Below are positions 28,390 through 37,176 of a DNA stretch of 64,000 bases, piece after piece. The notes below the pieces were generated by a model, which did no database searches, was not told the DNA's origin, and saw nothing but the letters and a program-made list of their open reading frames with translations. This stretch comes from Clostridia bacterium. Lineage in GTDB: Bacteria > Bacillota > Clostridia > Oscillospirales > CAG-272. The translations under genes were made by a program, and so were the position numbers. The stretch is taken from the NCBI GenBank assembly GCA_017397175.1, contig JAFQKA010000025.1, positions 7,501-71,500 of the forward strand, given 5' to 3'. Every line of letters begins with the position of its first letter. Position 1 is the stretch's first letter.

Positions 28390-29106
28390 TCAGCCCTCGT
28401 TTTTCAGATATTCGATCTCGTCACTTGTCAGGTGGCGCCATTTTCCCGTGGGTAAAGTGCCCAGCTTCAGATCACCGATAGCTATTCTTGTCAGCCGTGA
28501 GATCTTCAGTCCTGCAACCTCGCACATACGGCGTATCTGACGGTTTCGACCCTCAAAAAGGGTCATTTCCATCAGAGCACCGTCACCCGACGAAATAACC
28601 TCGGTTTTTACGGGCTGTATCCTGTAGCCGTCAAGCAATAGCGGAGATCGGAGGATCGCCAACTGCTCCTCGGTGGGAGCCTTTGTCACGTTTACGCGGT
28701 AAATTTTGGGAATATTGTGCCTTGGATGGGTCAGCTTGTTAGCAAGCTCTCCGTCGTCGGTGAGCAAAAGCAGACCGTCCGAGTTCATGTCAAGCCTGCC
28801 CACGGGGTACACCCGTTTGCCGAGAGAGGACACAAGCTCTACCACGTTTTTGCGGCCTTTTTCGTCGTCTGCCGTCGTTACGCAACCCACCGGCTTGTTC
28901 AGCATTATGTAGGTCAGCTCACCGTTTCGGTAAGGAATGATTTTCCCCTTGTATTCCACCGTGTCAAGCTCGGGATCAACACGGTCGCCAAGCTGTGCTA
29001 CAAGTCCGTTTACACGTACCCGACCGTCGATGATCTCCTTTTCCGCGGCGCGTCGGGACATTACCCCCGCATCGGTAAAGAATTTCTGAAGTCTTATTTT
29101 TTCCAT
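28390..29106 (-). CDS. rluB: pseudouridine synthase, RsuA/RluB family
   Basis: S4 domain (RLQKFFTDAGVMSRRAAEKEIIDGRVRVNG) and catalytic GRLDMNSDGLLLLT. Confidence 0.88.
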   Translation of the reverse strand: MEKIRLQKFFTDAGVMSRRAAEKEIIDGRVRVNGLVAQLGDRVDPELDTVEYKGKIIPYRNGELTYIMLNKPVGCVTTADDEKGRKNVVELVSSLGKRVYPVGRLDMNSDGLLLLTDDGELANKLTHPRHNIPKIYRVNVTKAPTEEQLAILRSPLLLDGYRIQPVKTEVISSGDGALMEMTLFEGRNRQIRRMCEVAGLKISRLTRIAIGDLKLGTLPTGKWRHLTSDEIEYLKNEG

Positions 29107-29120
29107 ACTCTATATGTGGG

Positions 29121-30263
29121 TCAGGAGAAGATTCCCCGAATAAAATCCCACACCTTCTGCCAAAAATTTTTCTTGTATTTTATTTGCTGTACGTCGTATG
29201 CGGCCTTGATATGGGTCTCGCCTATGATCTTGCCGTCGCACTTGTATGTGACGTGACCGACGATATCTCCCGCTTTTACGGGCGCATAAACCATTTGCGG
29301 CAATTTAACGTTGACGCTGATCTCCCCGTGGTTGCGGGGCAGGGTGGCCGCCACAAAATCGCAATTGACACAGAGCAGGGAATCCTGCACTCCGCCCACA
29401 ACGGGCAGAGTTTCGATAAAACCGCCCTCATCACAAAGGATCTCGCACAGGTAATTTTCGTAGCCGTAGTTGAGAAGCGCGGTGTGATCCCGCCAATCGT
29501 CGGGAGCAGAGAGGGTCACGGCAACAAGGGTAAGAGATTCGCGGCAGGCGGCACTAACAAGACAGCGCCCGCTTTTCTTCGTGAATCCTGTTTTTACACC
29601 TACGCAACCGTCGTACATATTCAGCAGCTTGTTGTGGTTGACAACCAAGCGCACGCCGCCGTCGGGACCTGAGATCTTTCTTTTATAAGTCGAGACGATC
29701 TCGGCGAAAGTGGGATCTTTCAGCGCGTAAGCGGTCAGAAGCGCAAGCTCCCGTGCCGTTGTCACGTGTCCCTCTGAATCAAGTCCGTTTGGATTTTCAA
29801 AGTGGGTCGACGTCAATCCCAGCTCCAGAGCTTTTTCGTTCATCATTTGAGCAAAGCCCTCAACGCTTCCTCCAACGCCTACGGCAATCGCCACTGCGGC
29901 ATCGTTCGCACTTTGAAGCAAAAGTGCGTAAAGAAGCTCAAGAAGGGTCATTTTTTCACCCTTTTGCAGGTATATTGACGATCCTTCAACACCCACAGCC
30001 TCGTCCGTGATCTCGATAATTTCGTTTACGTCACCATTTTCAATGGCAACGATAGCGGTCATGATCTTTGTGGTGCTCGCCATTGGGCGAGGTGTGTCCG
30101 CGTCTTTTTCGTAGAGTATCCTTCCGTCCCGCGCGTCGATGAGAACCGCGCTTTGGGCGGACAGGGAAAGAGCGCGGACGGGCATGACCGATCCTAATAA
30201 TAGGAATGCAGTCGCCAATATCAAGCACAAAAATCTAAAGAAGCCGAAATTTCTCAAAGGCAC
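29121..30263 (-). CDS. D-alanyl-D-alanine carboxypeptidase (PBP5-type)
   Basis: GTG start. SxxK ASTTKIMT, SxN SANDAA and KTG KTGFT, plus a signal peptide. Confidence 0.88.
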   Translation of the reverse strand: MPLRNFGFFRFLCLILATAFLLLGSVMPVRALSLSAQSAVLIDARDGRILYEKDADTPRPMASTTKIMTAIVAIENGDVNEIIEITDEAVGVEGSSIYLQKGEKMTLLELLYALLLQSANDAAVAIAVGVGGSVEGFAQMMNEKALELGLTSTHFENPNGLDSEGHVTTARELALLTAYALKDPTFAEIVSTYKRKISGPDGGVRLVVNHNKLLNMYDGCVGVKTGFTKKSGRCLVSAACRESLTLVAVTLSAPDDWRDHTALLNYGYENYLCEILCDEGGFIETLPVVGGVQDSLLCVNCDFVAATLPRNHGEISVNVKLPQMVYAPVKAGDIVGHVTYKCDGKIIGETHIKAAYDVQQIKYKKNFWQKVWDFIRGIFS

Positions 30264-30312
30264 AAAACCCCCAATCGTAATTGGTAAATTTTATGCCTTT
30301 AGGGAAAAATTA

Positions 30313-30732
30313 TTACTTGCTTTTCTTGAATACCGCCTTGAATTTTTCGATGAGGTCGGGCGTGCGCTCAAGCAGATCGCCGATCTGGTCAAGACCCGAA
30401 GCGGACGCGCCCTCAAGTGTTATCATGCCAACCTCGCCAAACTTGTCGACGGTCAAAAATCCAACGGGAGAAATGCTCAGACCGGTTCCGCCACCGCCGC
30501 CGAAATTCTGAGGGCGAGAGGTCTTGGGATCCGTTTCTTTGCTGTTGTAGTCAACACCGCCCGAGGCGAAGCCCATGGAGATCTTTGAAATGGGAATGAT
30601 GGTCGTTCCGCTTTCCGTGTTTATGGGAGAGCCGATAACGGTATTTGCATCGACCATCGAACGAAGACTTTCAAGGGAAGTGGCGATCACTTCGGAAATT
30701 TTTGATTCAGCCATTGCGTTTAGTCCTTTCAC
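30313..30732 (-). CDS. ytfJ: sporulation protein YtfJ / GerW family
   Basis: 139 aa. VIGSPINTESGTTIIPISKISMGFASGG...GGGGGTGLSISPVGFL. Confidence 0.88.
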   Translation of the reverse strand: MKGLNAMAESKISEVIATSLESLRSMVDANTVIGSPINTESGTTIIPISKISMGFASGGVDYNSKETDPKTSRPQNFGGGGGTGLSISPVGFLTVDKFGEVGMITLEGASASGLDQIGDLLERTPDLIEKFKAVFKKSK

Positions 30733-31391
30733 TTTCGTTTATTTGGATTTGATTTGCTTTTGATATATTCGAAGGCGGCGCCAAGCAGAATATCAAGCGC
30801 CTGCCATACGGTCAGGGAAAATGAGATGTTGATATCGGCTGCGGTTTTGCCCGACACGAAGTCTGCACAGACCGATATTTCGGTTTTTTTGGTCTTTTTG
30901 ACGTTTGTAACGTGGTCAAGCACCTCGGTCAGATATGCCACTCCCTGGCATACCGCGCCGTAAAGGATCCCCGTTTTCGCCGCGTCGGGAGTGCCAACGG
31001 AAATTCTGACCCTTGTCACGTCTATCCGCAGGTGACGGAAGAATTTTGAAATGATCTTCTTTGCCAATGCCGTGATTTGCGAAACCGTTTCGGAAAGAGG
31101 TGTTTTTTCACTCTCCTCGTCTGCCGGTTTCTTATGCTTTTCCTTTAAAGCTTCCTTGAGCGCCTTTTTGTCCTTTTTCTTTTGAGCGCGCCGAAGTCCG
31201 CGGGGGGTGTAATCGGAAAGACGTATTTTTTGCTTCCTTTGCCTTCGAGGGAACAGTTTTACAGGGATGCCGAGTATTTTTAACAGCAGTTTCGTGTCAG
31301 TGCCGTCGGATATCACCGATATTTTCACTCGCAAAAAAAGGAGAAGAACGAGAAAAAGGAGTATTCCCAAAAAAATCTTCAACGCAAGCAT
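30729..31391 (-). CDS. DUF2953-type (YtfI-like) sporulation membrane protein
   Basis: N-terminal TM segment and a Lys-rich linker. It overlaps the ytfJ start, the usual pairing with ytfJ. Confidence 0.6.
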   Translation of the reverse strand: MLALKIFLGILLFLVLLLFLRVKISVISDGTDTKLLLKILGIPVKLFPRRQRKQKIRLSDYTPRGLRRAQKKKDKKALKEALKEKHKKPADEESEKTPLSETVSQITALAKKIISKFFRHLRIDVTRVRISVGTPDAAKTGILYGAVCQGVAYLTEVLDHVTNVKKTKKTEISVCADFVSGKTAADINISFSLTVWQALDILLGAAFEYIKSKSNPNKRK

Positions 31392-31437
31392 GGATAAGAT
31401 CTCCTCCTCTCACTTATTTTACCCCTTTGCAGTAAAA

Positions 31438-32079
31438 TTATTCCTGCTCGGGAATTTCTTCCTCGGGGGACTGTTCGGGCTGTTCAATGTCAAGAGAAAG
31501 CTGCTCGCTGACAGCCACCTGGCCCGATGCCTCGCCGTCGATCTTGATAGGCTCCACATCGGGAAGCTCGGACACGGAGTTTATTCCGAAAACACGCAGG
31601 AAATTGTCCGTTGTGCCGTAGAGCATAGGTCTGCCGGGCGCGTCAAGACGTCCCACCGCTTCGATCAGCTCCTTGTCAATAAGGGAATTCATGGCGTAAG
31701 CGCTGTCAACACCGCGCACCGTGTCAACGTAAGAACGGGTGACAGGCTGGTTGTATGCAACAATGGCCAGAACCTCCATAGAGGAAGCGGACAGATTGCC
31801 GCCTCGGCGGATTCCCAGCGCCTCGCGTATGTAGGGGGCGAAATTTTCCTTTGTGCAGAACTGACAGCCGTCATCAAACATCATAAGAGAAATGCCGCGC
31901 TGACTGTTTTCGCTGTTGTATTTCTCGCTCATGTGAGATATGAGCTGCTTCAGTTCGCGCACCTGCAGTCCCAAAACCTCCGAGAGCTTTGCATAGGATA
32001 CCGAGTGACCTGCCGCGTAGAGGATAGCCTCGATGGCGGCTTCAAGCTCGGTTATACTGTTCTTTGGTGATTCGTCCAT
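31438..32079 (-). CDS. scpB: segregation and condensation protein B
   Basis: 213 aa. AIEAILYAAGHSVSY, LAIVAYNQPVTRSYVDTVRGVDS, and GRPMLYGTTDNFL. Confidence 0.92.
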   Translation of the reverse strand: MDESPKNSITELEAAIEAILYAAGHSVSYAKLSEVLGLQVRELKQLISHMSEKYNSENSQRGISLMMFDDGCQFCTKENFAPYIREALGIRRGGNLSASSMEVLAIVAYNQPVTRSYVDTVRGVDSAYAMNSLIDKELIEAVGRLDAPGRPMLYGTTDNFLRVFGINSVSELPDVEPIKIDGEASGQVAVSEQLSLDIEQPEQSPEEEIPEQE

Positions 32080-32094
32080 ATTTACCTCTTAAAC

Positions 32095-32853
32095 TCAATC
32101 TATACTTACGTTTACCGCGCTGTCGTCAACGTCGGGGTTGAGGACCAGGCGTGTATCCGCGCCGTATTCGTCTTTGCCTTCGTCCGCAATAAGCACTCGG
32201 CGAACCTTGACAAGCTCTAAAATGCCGATAAACGCCGCCACAAGGTCTGCTCGCGACTGAGCACCTGCCAGAAGCTCGCCCAAGGTTGATTCGGACTTCT
32301 TTGACATTCTTTCAAGTATGCCGATTATCTTCAGTTCAACCGAAACGATGGGCTTTTGGATCAGGGGTGTGAAATGTGTCTTTTCGGCTCGTTCCATGGC
32401 GGAATTGAGCGCGATTACTCGCTTGATCGCCGCATAGAGATTGACCGCATCCTGATCTGCCACAAACTTTCTGTCGGGTGAGATCTCGTCGGTGTCCTTT
32501 ATCATTCTGCCACTGTAAGTAGCGTAGAGCGCGTTCATTTTCTGCGCCGCTTCCTTTGCCTGCTTGTAGCGGAGCAGGGCATCTGCCAGAGCCGCGCGGG
32601 GATCCTCCTCTTCTTCCTCGGGACGAGGTAAGAGCATTTTGCTCTTGATGAGCATAAGCTCACTTGCCATGACAATAAATTCGGCGGCGACCTCCATATC
32701 AAGGTGCTGAGCCTCTTTTATATATTCCATGTATTGGTCGCAGATAAGTGCGATGGGTATATCTGCTATGCTGACTTTGTTTTTGTCGATCAGCGTCAGC
32801 AGAAGGTCCAGGGGACCCTCAAAGCTGTCAAGTCGGTAGGTTATTGTGTCCAT
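32095..32853 (-). CDS. scpA: segregation and condensation protein A
   Basis: 252 aa. FEGPLDLLLTLIDKNKVSIADIPIALI. Confidence 0.92.
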   Translation of the reverse strand: MDTITYRLDSFEGPLDLLLTLIDKNKVSIADIPIALICDQYMEYIKEAQHLDMEVAAEFIVMASELMLIKSKMLLPRPEEEEEDPRAALADALLRYKQAKEAAQKMNALYATYSGRMIKDTDEISPDRKFVADQDAVNLYAAIKRVIALNSAMERAEKTHFTPLIQKPIVSVELKIIGILERMSKKSESTLGELLAGAQSRADLVAAFIGILELVKVRRVLIADEGKDEYGADTRLVLNPDVDDSAVNVSID

Positions 32854-32876
32854 TAGGGTCTCCTTTCACACAGATT

Positions 32877-33584
32877 TCAGAACAATTTCATAAAAAGCTC
32901 GGTCAATGGGTTGCAGATAAGGTCCATAAGACCGCCTGCAACAAAGCTTACGGGATTGTAGCCGACGCGGGAAAGAGCAAGGAACAACACGATGATAACT
33001 ATCATCAGTGTCTGCTCGTATTTCATGACCTTGAAATACCATTTGCTTGGAAGCAAAAGATATGCAAAGCGCGAGCCGTCAAAGGGCGGAATGGGGATAA
33101 GATTGAACGCCATCAAGGCGAAATTCATATAGGTGAAGATATATGCCAGATTGAGCAGACACCATTTTACAATAGGCGTTCCTTGGCCGAGCACCTGTGC
33201 CATATAAATATCAAGGCTCCAAGCGGCAGATGCGGCGGAAAAGAGCACACAGCCGACAACGCCGAGAATAAGATTGGATACAGGCCCTGCAATGGCTGAG
33301 ATTCCCATACCCCAGCGGGGATTTTTAAAGTTTCTTGCCACGATCGGTACGGGCTTCGCCCAGCCGAATCCGATGAGAAGCATTGCAAGAGCGCCGAACG
33401 GGTCAAGGTGCTTCATGGGATTGAGGGTAAGTCTGCCTAAATTGCGGGCGGTGGGATCGCCTAATTTGTATGCGACGTATCCGTGAGCCGCCTCGTGAAA
33501 GGACAGAGAGAAAAGTATTACGGGCAGGCAGAGCAGGGCAGTAATAAGTCCCTCCCGACCTCCGTTTAAAATGTTAAAAAGCAA
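32877..33584 (-). CDS. site-2 protease (M50) family membrane metalloprotease
   Basis: HEAAHG (HExxH) within a polytopic protein. Confidence 0.8.
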   Translation of the reverse strand: MLFNILNGGREGLITALLCLPVILFSLSFHEAAHGYVAYKLGDPTARNLGRLTLNPMKHLDPFGALAMLLIGFGWAKPVPIVARNFKNPRWGMGISAIAGPVSNLILGVVGCVLFSAASAAWSLDIYMAQVLGQGTPIVKWCLLNLAYIFTYMNFALMAFNLIPIPPFDGSRFAYLLLPSKWYFKVMKYEQTLMIVIIVLFLALSRVGYNPVSFVAGGLMDLICNPLTELFMKLF

Positions 33585-33600
33585 TTTTTTGCCTCCGAAA

Positions 33601-34209
33601 TTAAATCTTTATATCGGTGTGAAGTGCGATCTCCTTCCAAAGTTCCGCCTTGCCCTCGCCTTTAAGAGAAGAAAAGGGAATAATGCTGACATCGGGAGGA
33701 ATAAGCTCGCTTTCACGCAGAGCCGCGAGATTCTTCTTGCGTTCGGTGGCGTTGAGCTTGTCGCACTTGGTTGCTACTACCACAAAGGGAATGCCTGTTT
33801 CCACCAGAAATGAGAGCATCATGGTGTCGTCCTTTGTGATCCCGCAACGGCTGTCGATCAGCTGAACCACAAGGGACAGCAGATCTATGTTGGGATTGTT
33901 TGTAAAATATCCGTCGGTCAGCGCCGACCAGACCTCTTTGTCAGCAAATGTTCGTTTTGCGTATCCGTAGCCGGGAAGATCGGTGAAAAACAATTTCTTG
34001 TCGATCTCGTAGAAATTGATGGTTATGGTCTTTCCGGGGGCTGAGCTGACACGTGCCAGGCTTTTTCTTGAAAGCAGGGTGTTTATCAGCGAGCTTTTTC
34101 CCACGTTTGACCGTCCGGAAAATGCCACCTGAGGAATAGGGTCACGGGGAAACTGGTTGATGCGCCCCGCGGATATTTTCAGATTTACGTTTTGTGTGTT
34201 GAGGGCCAT
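33601..34209 (-). CDS. engB: ribosome biogenesis GTPase EngB/YsxC
   Basis: GRSNVGKSSLIN and DLPGYGYA. lon-ysxC synteny as in B. subtilis. Confidence 0.92.
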   Translation of the reverse strand: MALNTQNVNLKISAGRINQFPRDPIPQVAFSGRSNVGKSSLINTLLSRKSLARVSSAPGKTITINFYEIDKKLFFTDLPGYGYAKRTFADKEVWSALTDGYFTNNPNIDLLSLVVQLIDSRCGITKDDTMMLSFLVETGIPFVVVATKCDKLNATERKKNLAALRESELIPPDVSIIPFSSLKGEGKAELWKEIALHTDIKI

Positions 34210-34222
34210 AATGCCTCCTTTT

Positions 34223-36550
34223 TTATCTTGCGAGAGCCTGATTTAAAACGTCGCTTATGCTCTTGCAGGGAACGAAGTTGAGATTTTCGCGGGCCGTGGG
34301 ATCAATGTCCTCAAGATCCTTCATATTGTCGGCAGGAATGCAAACGGTCTTGACACCTGCAGTATACGCCGCCATGGTCTTTTCCTTGAGGCCTCCAATG
34401 GGAAGCACGCGGCCGCGCAGGGTGATCTCACCGGTCATTGCTACGTCACGACGAACGGGGATACCCGTAAGCGCGCTGACAAGAGCGGTGGTCATGGTAA
34501 CTCCCGCGGAGGGTCCGTCCTTGGGAACAGCTCCTTCGGGACAATGGATATGTATGTCTTTGGTCTTGTAGAAGTCGGATTCGAATTTGTAATCTTCGGA
34601 GTTTGCAAGAGAGCGCACGTAACTTACCGCTATCTGCGCGGACTCCTTCATAACGTCGCCAAGAGAGCCCGTCAGCTCGATCTTTCCGCTGCCCTCCAGG
34701 ATCGAAGCCTCGATCTTGAGCAGGTCGCCGCCCACCGAGGTGTAAGCCAGACCGTTTACTGTGCCTACCTCGTTTGTCTCCGAGATTGCATCGGGATAGA
34801 GCTTTCTCGAGCCCAAAAATTCGGCTACGTTTTCGCGCTTTATCTTTATCGTTTCGTCTCCGTTTTCGATTATACGCTTTGCGGCCTTGCGGCAAAGCTC
34901 TCCGATCTTTCTTTCAAGATTTCTTACACCTGCCTCGCGGGTGTAGAACTCGATAAGCTCGGAAATAGCGTTGTCAGCAATAGAGAGCTGCTTTTTTGTC
35001 AGCCCGTGACGCTTTAACTGCTTTGGCAGAAGATGGCGCTTTGCGATGGCCAGCTTTTCTGCGGGTGTATAGGTAGAAAGCTCGATGATCTCCATTCTGT
35101 CGATCAAGGGTTTTGGAACCGTATCAAGAGTATTTGCCGTAGCGATGAACATACATTCGGAAAGATCGAAGGGAAGCTCCACAAAATGATCGCGGAAGGT
35201 ATGGTTCTGCTCACCGTCAAGGACTTCAAGCAGAGCCGATGCGGGATCGCCGTGAGCGTCCGAGGTCAGCTTATCCACCTCGTCAAGAAGAATGAGAGGG
35301 TTCTTAACCTTTGCCTGTGCCATTGCCGCCATAATTCTGCCGGGCATAGCGCCGATGTATGTCTTTCTGTGACCTCTGATATCCGCTTCGTCGCGGACAC
35401 CGCCAAGAGATACGCGCACGTACTTGCGGTTCATCGCCTGTGCGATAGACGCACCCACCGAGGTCTTGCCCACGCCGGGAGGGCCAACAAGGCAAATTAT
35501 CTGATTTTTCAGATCGGGGTTGAGCTGCTTTACCGCAAGATATTCGAGGATCCTCGTCTTTACCTTTTCAAGGCCGTAGTGATCTGCGTCGAGACGCTTT
35601 TGCGCCGCCGCCACGTTCACTCTATCCTTTGTTGACTTTGTCCAAGGAAGCTCGAGACAAGTATCGAGATAGGTGCGGATAACTCCCGATTCCGCAGAAC
35701 CAAAGGGCATCTTTGCCATTCGCTCGTTTTCCTTTAAGAGCTTTTCTTCAACTTCCTTTGGCAGCTTTGCCGCCATTATCTTGTCAAAATATTCGTCAGC
35801 TTCCGTGCCTTCTCCGCCCAGCTCCTCCTGAATGACCTTCATCTGCTCTCGCAGATAGTATTCTTTCTGGTTTCTGTTAAGCCTTGCGCGGACGGTCTGG
35901 TGGATCTCCTTTTCGCATTCGAGTACGTCGATCTCACTCTCCATGAGGTTGAGCAGAGTTCTCATTCGTTTCATAGGCTCGAACACGTCGAGCACCTGCT
36001 GCTTGTCCTCATAGCGCACCAGCATATTTGCGGCAATAAAGTCTGCCAGCATACCGGGATTTCTTATGCTCTGAGCCTTCAGCTTCAGCTCGGACGCGGG
36101 GGCGGGGAGGAATTCGGTAAGGGTGTCCATGAGAGTGATCGCTTCTCTGATGTATGCCTGTCCCTTAACGCCTAAGTTGTCGCTTGAATTTATGGTCTTG
36201 CAGAGCACGTCCGCCATAAGATAGTCCGCAAAGCCGCGCATTGAGATCACCTGGCAACGGCAGAGACCCTCGGCGATAACGCGGGTGCCCCCGTCCGAAT
36301 TTTTTACGGTCTGTCTGATCTTTGAAAGAACGCCTACACCGTAAAAGGCATCCTTGTCCTCCTCGGCTGCGGCAGGGTTTTTCTGAGTCAGAAGTATAAC
36401 GAAGGAATCGGTTGCGGCGGCCGCATTTACGGCAGATGACGCCAGAGACTCCTTGCATTCAAAATTAAGAGTTACGCCCGGGAACGCAACCACCCCTCGC
36501 AGGGGAACTACGGGCAATGTAAAATTTTCGATCTTTTCGATGATAGCCAT
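34223..36550 (-). CDS. lon: ATP-dependent Lon protease
   Basis: 775 aa. LON N-domain, Walker A GPPGVGKTS, and protease Ser site PKDGPSAGVTM. Confidence 0.97.
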   Translation of the reverse strand: MAIIEKIENFTLPVVPLRGVVAFPGVTLNFECKESLASSAVNAAAATDSFVILLTQKNPAAAEEDKDAFYGVGVLSKIRQTVKNSDGGTRVIAEGLCRCQVISMRGFADYLMADVLCKTINSSDNLGVKGQAYIREAITLMDTLTEFLPAPASELKLKAQSIRNPGMLADFIAANMLVRYEDKQQVLDVFEPMKRMRTLLNLMESEIDVLECEKEIHQTVRARLNRNQKEYYLREQMKVIQEELGGEGTEADEYFDKIMAAKLPKEVEEKLLKENERMAKMPFGSAESGVIRTYLDTCLELPWTKSTKDRVNVAAAQKRLDADHYGLEKVKTRILEYLAVKQLNPDLKNQIICLVGPPGVGKTSVGASIAQAMNRKYVRVSLGGVRDEADIRGHRKTYIGAMPGRIMAAMAQAKVKNPLILLDEVDKLTSDAHGDPASALLEVLDGEQNHTFRDHFVELPFDLSECMFIATANTLDTVPKPLIDRMEIIELSTYTPAEKLAIAKRHLLPKQLKRHGLTKKQLSIADNAISELIEFYTREAGVRNLERKIGELCRKAAKRIIENGDETIKIKRENVAEFLGSRKLYPDAISETNEVGTVNGLAYTSVGGDLLKIEASILEGSGKIELTGSLGDVMKESAQIAVSYVRSLANSEDYKFESDFYKTKDIHIHCPEGAVPKDGPSAGVTMTTALVSALTGIPVRRDVAMTGEITLRGRVLPIGGLKEKTMAAYTAGVKTVCIPADNMKDLEDIDPTARENLNFVPCKSISDVLNQALAR

Positions 36551-36625
36551 TTGAATTTACGTGATAAAACCTTTCCTTGTATCTTTTACGCCCGATTTTG
36601 GGCACAAAACCGCATATTACACTAC

Positions 36626-36654
36626 ATTATACCACGGTTTTTCCGAAATTTCCA
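36626..36654 (-). promoter_or_regulatory. candidate proximal lon promoter
   Basis: On the minus strand, TGGAAA, a 17-nt spacer, then TGgTATAAT (extended -10). Confidence 0.4.
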
Positions 36655-36692
36655 TAGTTTTGGATATTTATTTACAATTTAATAATATGGCA

Positions 36693-36780
36693 AAGAAAAA
36701 AGCACGGACTGTGACCTGTAGGCCGGGTTGGTATCATGAGATTGATACTCCGCCTGAAAAGGTGACGCCGTGCGTTCTGC
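36693..36780 (-). ncRNA. candidate ~88-nt small RNA or lon leader ending in an intrinsic terminator
   Basis: Downstream of the promoter at 36786-36814: GCAGAAC-GCACGG-cgucaccuuuuc-AGGCGG-A-GUAUCA-aucuca-UGAUAC-caac-CCG(G)CCU-acaggucacagu-CCGUGC-UUUUUUCUUU. No coding potential. Confidence 0.45.
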
Positions 36781-36785
36781 CTCAA

Positions 36786-36814
36786 ATTATAGCACGCAAA
36801 GTCGGCTTTGTAAA
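36786..36814 (-). promoter_or_regulatory. near-consensus sigma-A promoter (drives the candidate RNA)
   Basis: On the minus strand, TTTACA (36814-36809), a 17-nt spacer, then TGcTATAAT (extended -10; TATAAT at 36791-36786). Confidence 0.55.
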
Positions 36815-36816
36815 TT

Positions 36817-36860
36817 GTCAAAAAGCACGATTTTATTCGCTCAAAATTGCGCTTTTTGAC
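36817..36860. repeat. long imperfect inverted repeat (18-bp stem, 8-nt loop)
   Basis: GTCAAAAAGCACGATTTT-ATTCGCTC-AAAATTGCGCTTTTTGAC, with one mismatch and one G-T pair. Confidence 0.6.
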
Positions 36861-36987
36861 ACTTTACATGGAAAAAACTTGACCTTATACAGCGCAAAAC
36901 AAAGTAAAATCAAAGGCTTTGTCGCTTTGTGCAATTTTTCCAAGAGACGGGAGAGAAAAAACAGAAAAAATATTTTTCAAAAAGGGG

Positions 36988-37016
36988 TTGACAAACGGAT
37001 CGAGCCGTGGTATAAT
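36988..37016 (+). promoter_or_regulatory. sigma-A promoter of the infC-rpmI-rplT operon
   Basis: TTGACA, a 17-nt spacer, then TGgTATAAT. Confidence 0.6.
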
Positions 37017-37022
37017 CTGCAG

Positions 37023-37146
37023 AGAAAAGAAGCAGAACATTCTTTGTTCTCGCCCTGCCGCAAAGGCGAGCAGGTGCAGATATGATTTCCGGGTTGTGCC
37101 CGGTCTGTCTGTGTGCGGGGGAAGAATTTCTTTTCCGCACTTTTTT
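37023..37146 (+). promoter_or_regulatory. L20-leader-type 5' leader with terminator
   Basis: A ~150-nt untranslated leader before infC ends in hairpin GUGCGGGGGA...UUUUCCGCAC followed by UUUUUU (37113-37146). The position matches the Firmicute L20 (rplT) autoregulatory leader. The family assignment is not verified by a covariance model. Confidence 0.55.
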
Positions 37147-37176
37147 GTGCGAATTTTTGTTTGGAGGTGCATATTT

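Noticed and set aside
31267-32070. 267-aa plus-strand ORF; also 38359-39063 (-) and 43310-44089 (-)
   Set aside because: They are antisense to scpB/DUF2953, the TrmH-family gene and trmFO respectively. The sense-strand genes carry family signatures and these ORFs do not.
36551-36990. CtsR (GGTCAAA direct repeat) or CIRCE (TTAGCACTC-N9-GAGTGCTAA) operator upstream of lon
   Set aside because: Only isolated half-site-like strings occur (GGTCAAG, GTGTCAAAA) at the wrong spacing, and no CIRCE-like palindrome is present.
36561-37085. 174-aa plus-strand ORF filling the lon/infC intergenic region
   Set aside because: It has no SD and runs through the infC -35/-10 boxes and the candidate minus-strand RNA. 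Its composition is Lys/Arg/Phe-rich nonsense. I treat the region as non-coding.
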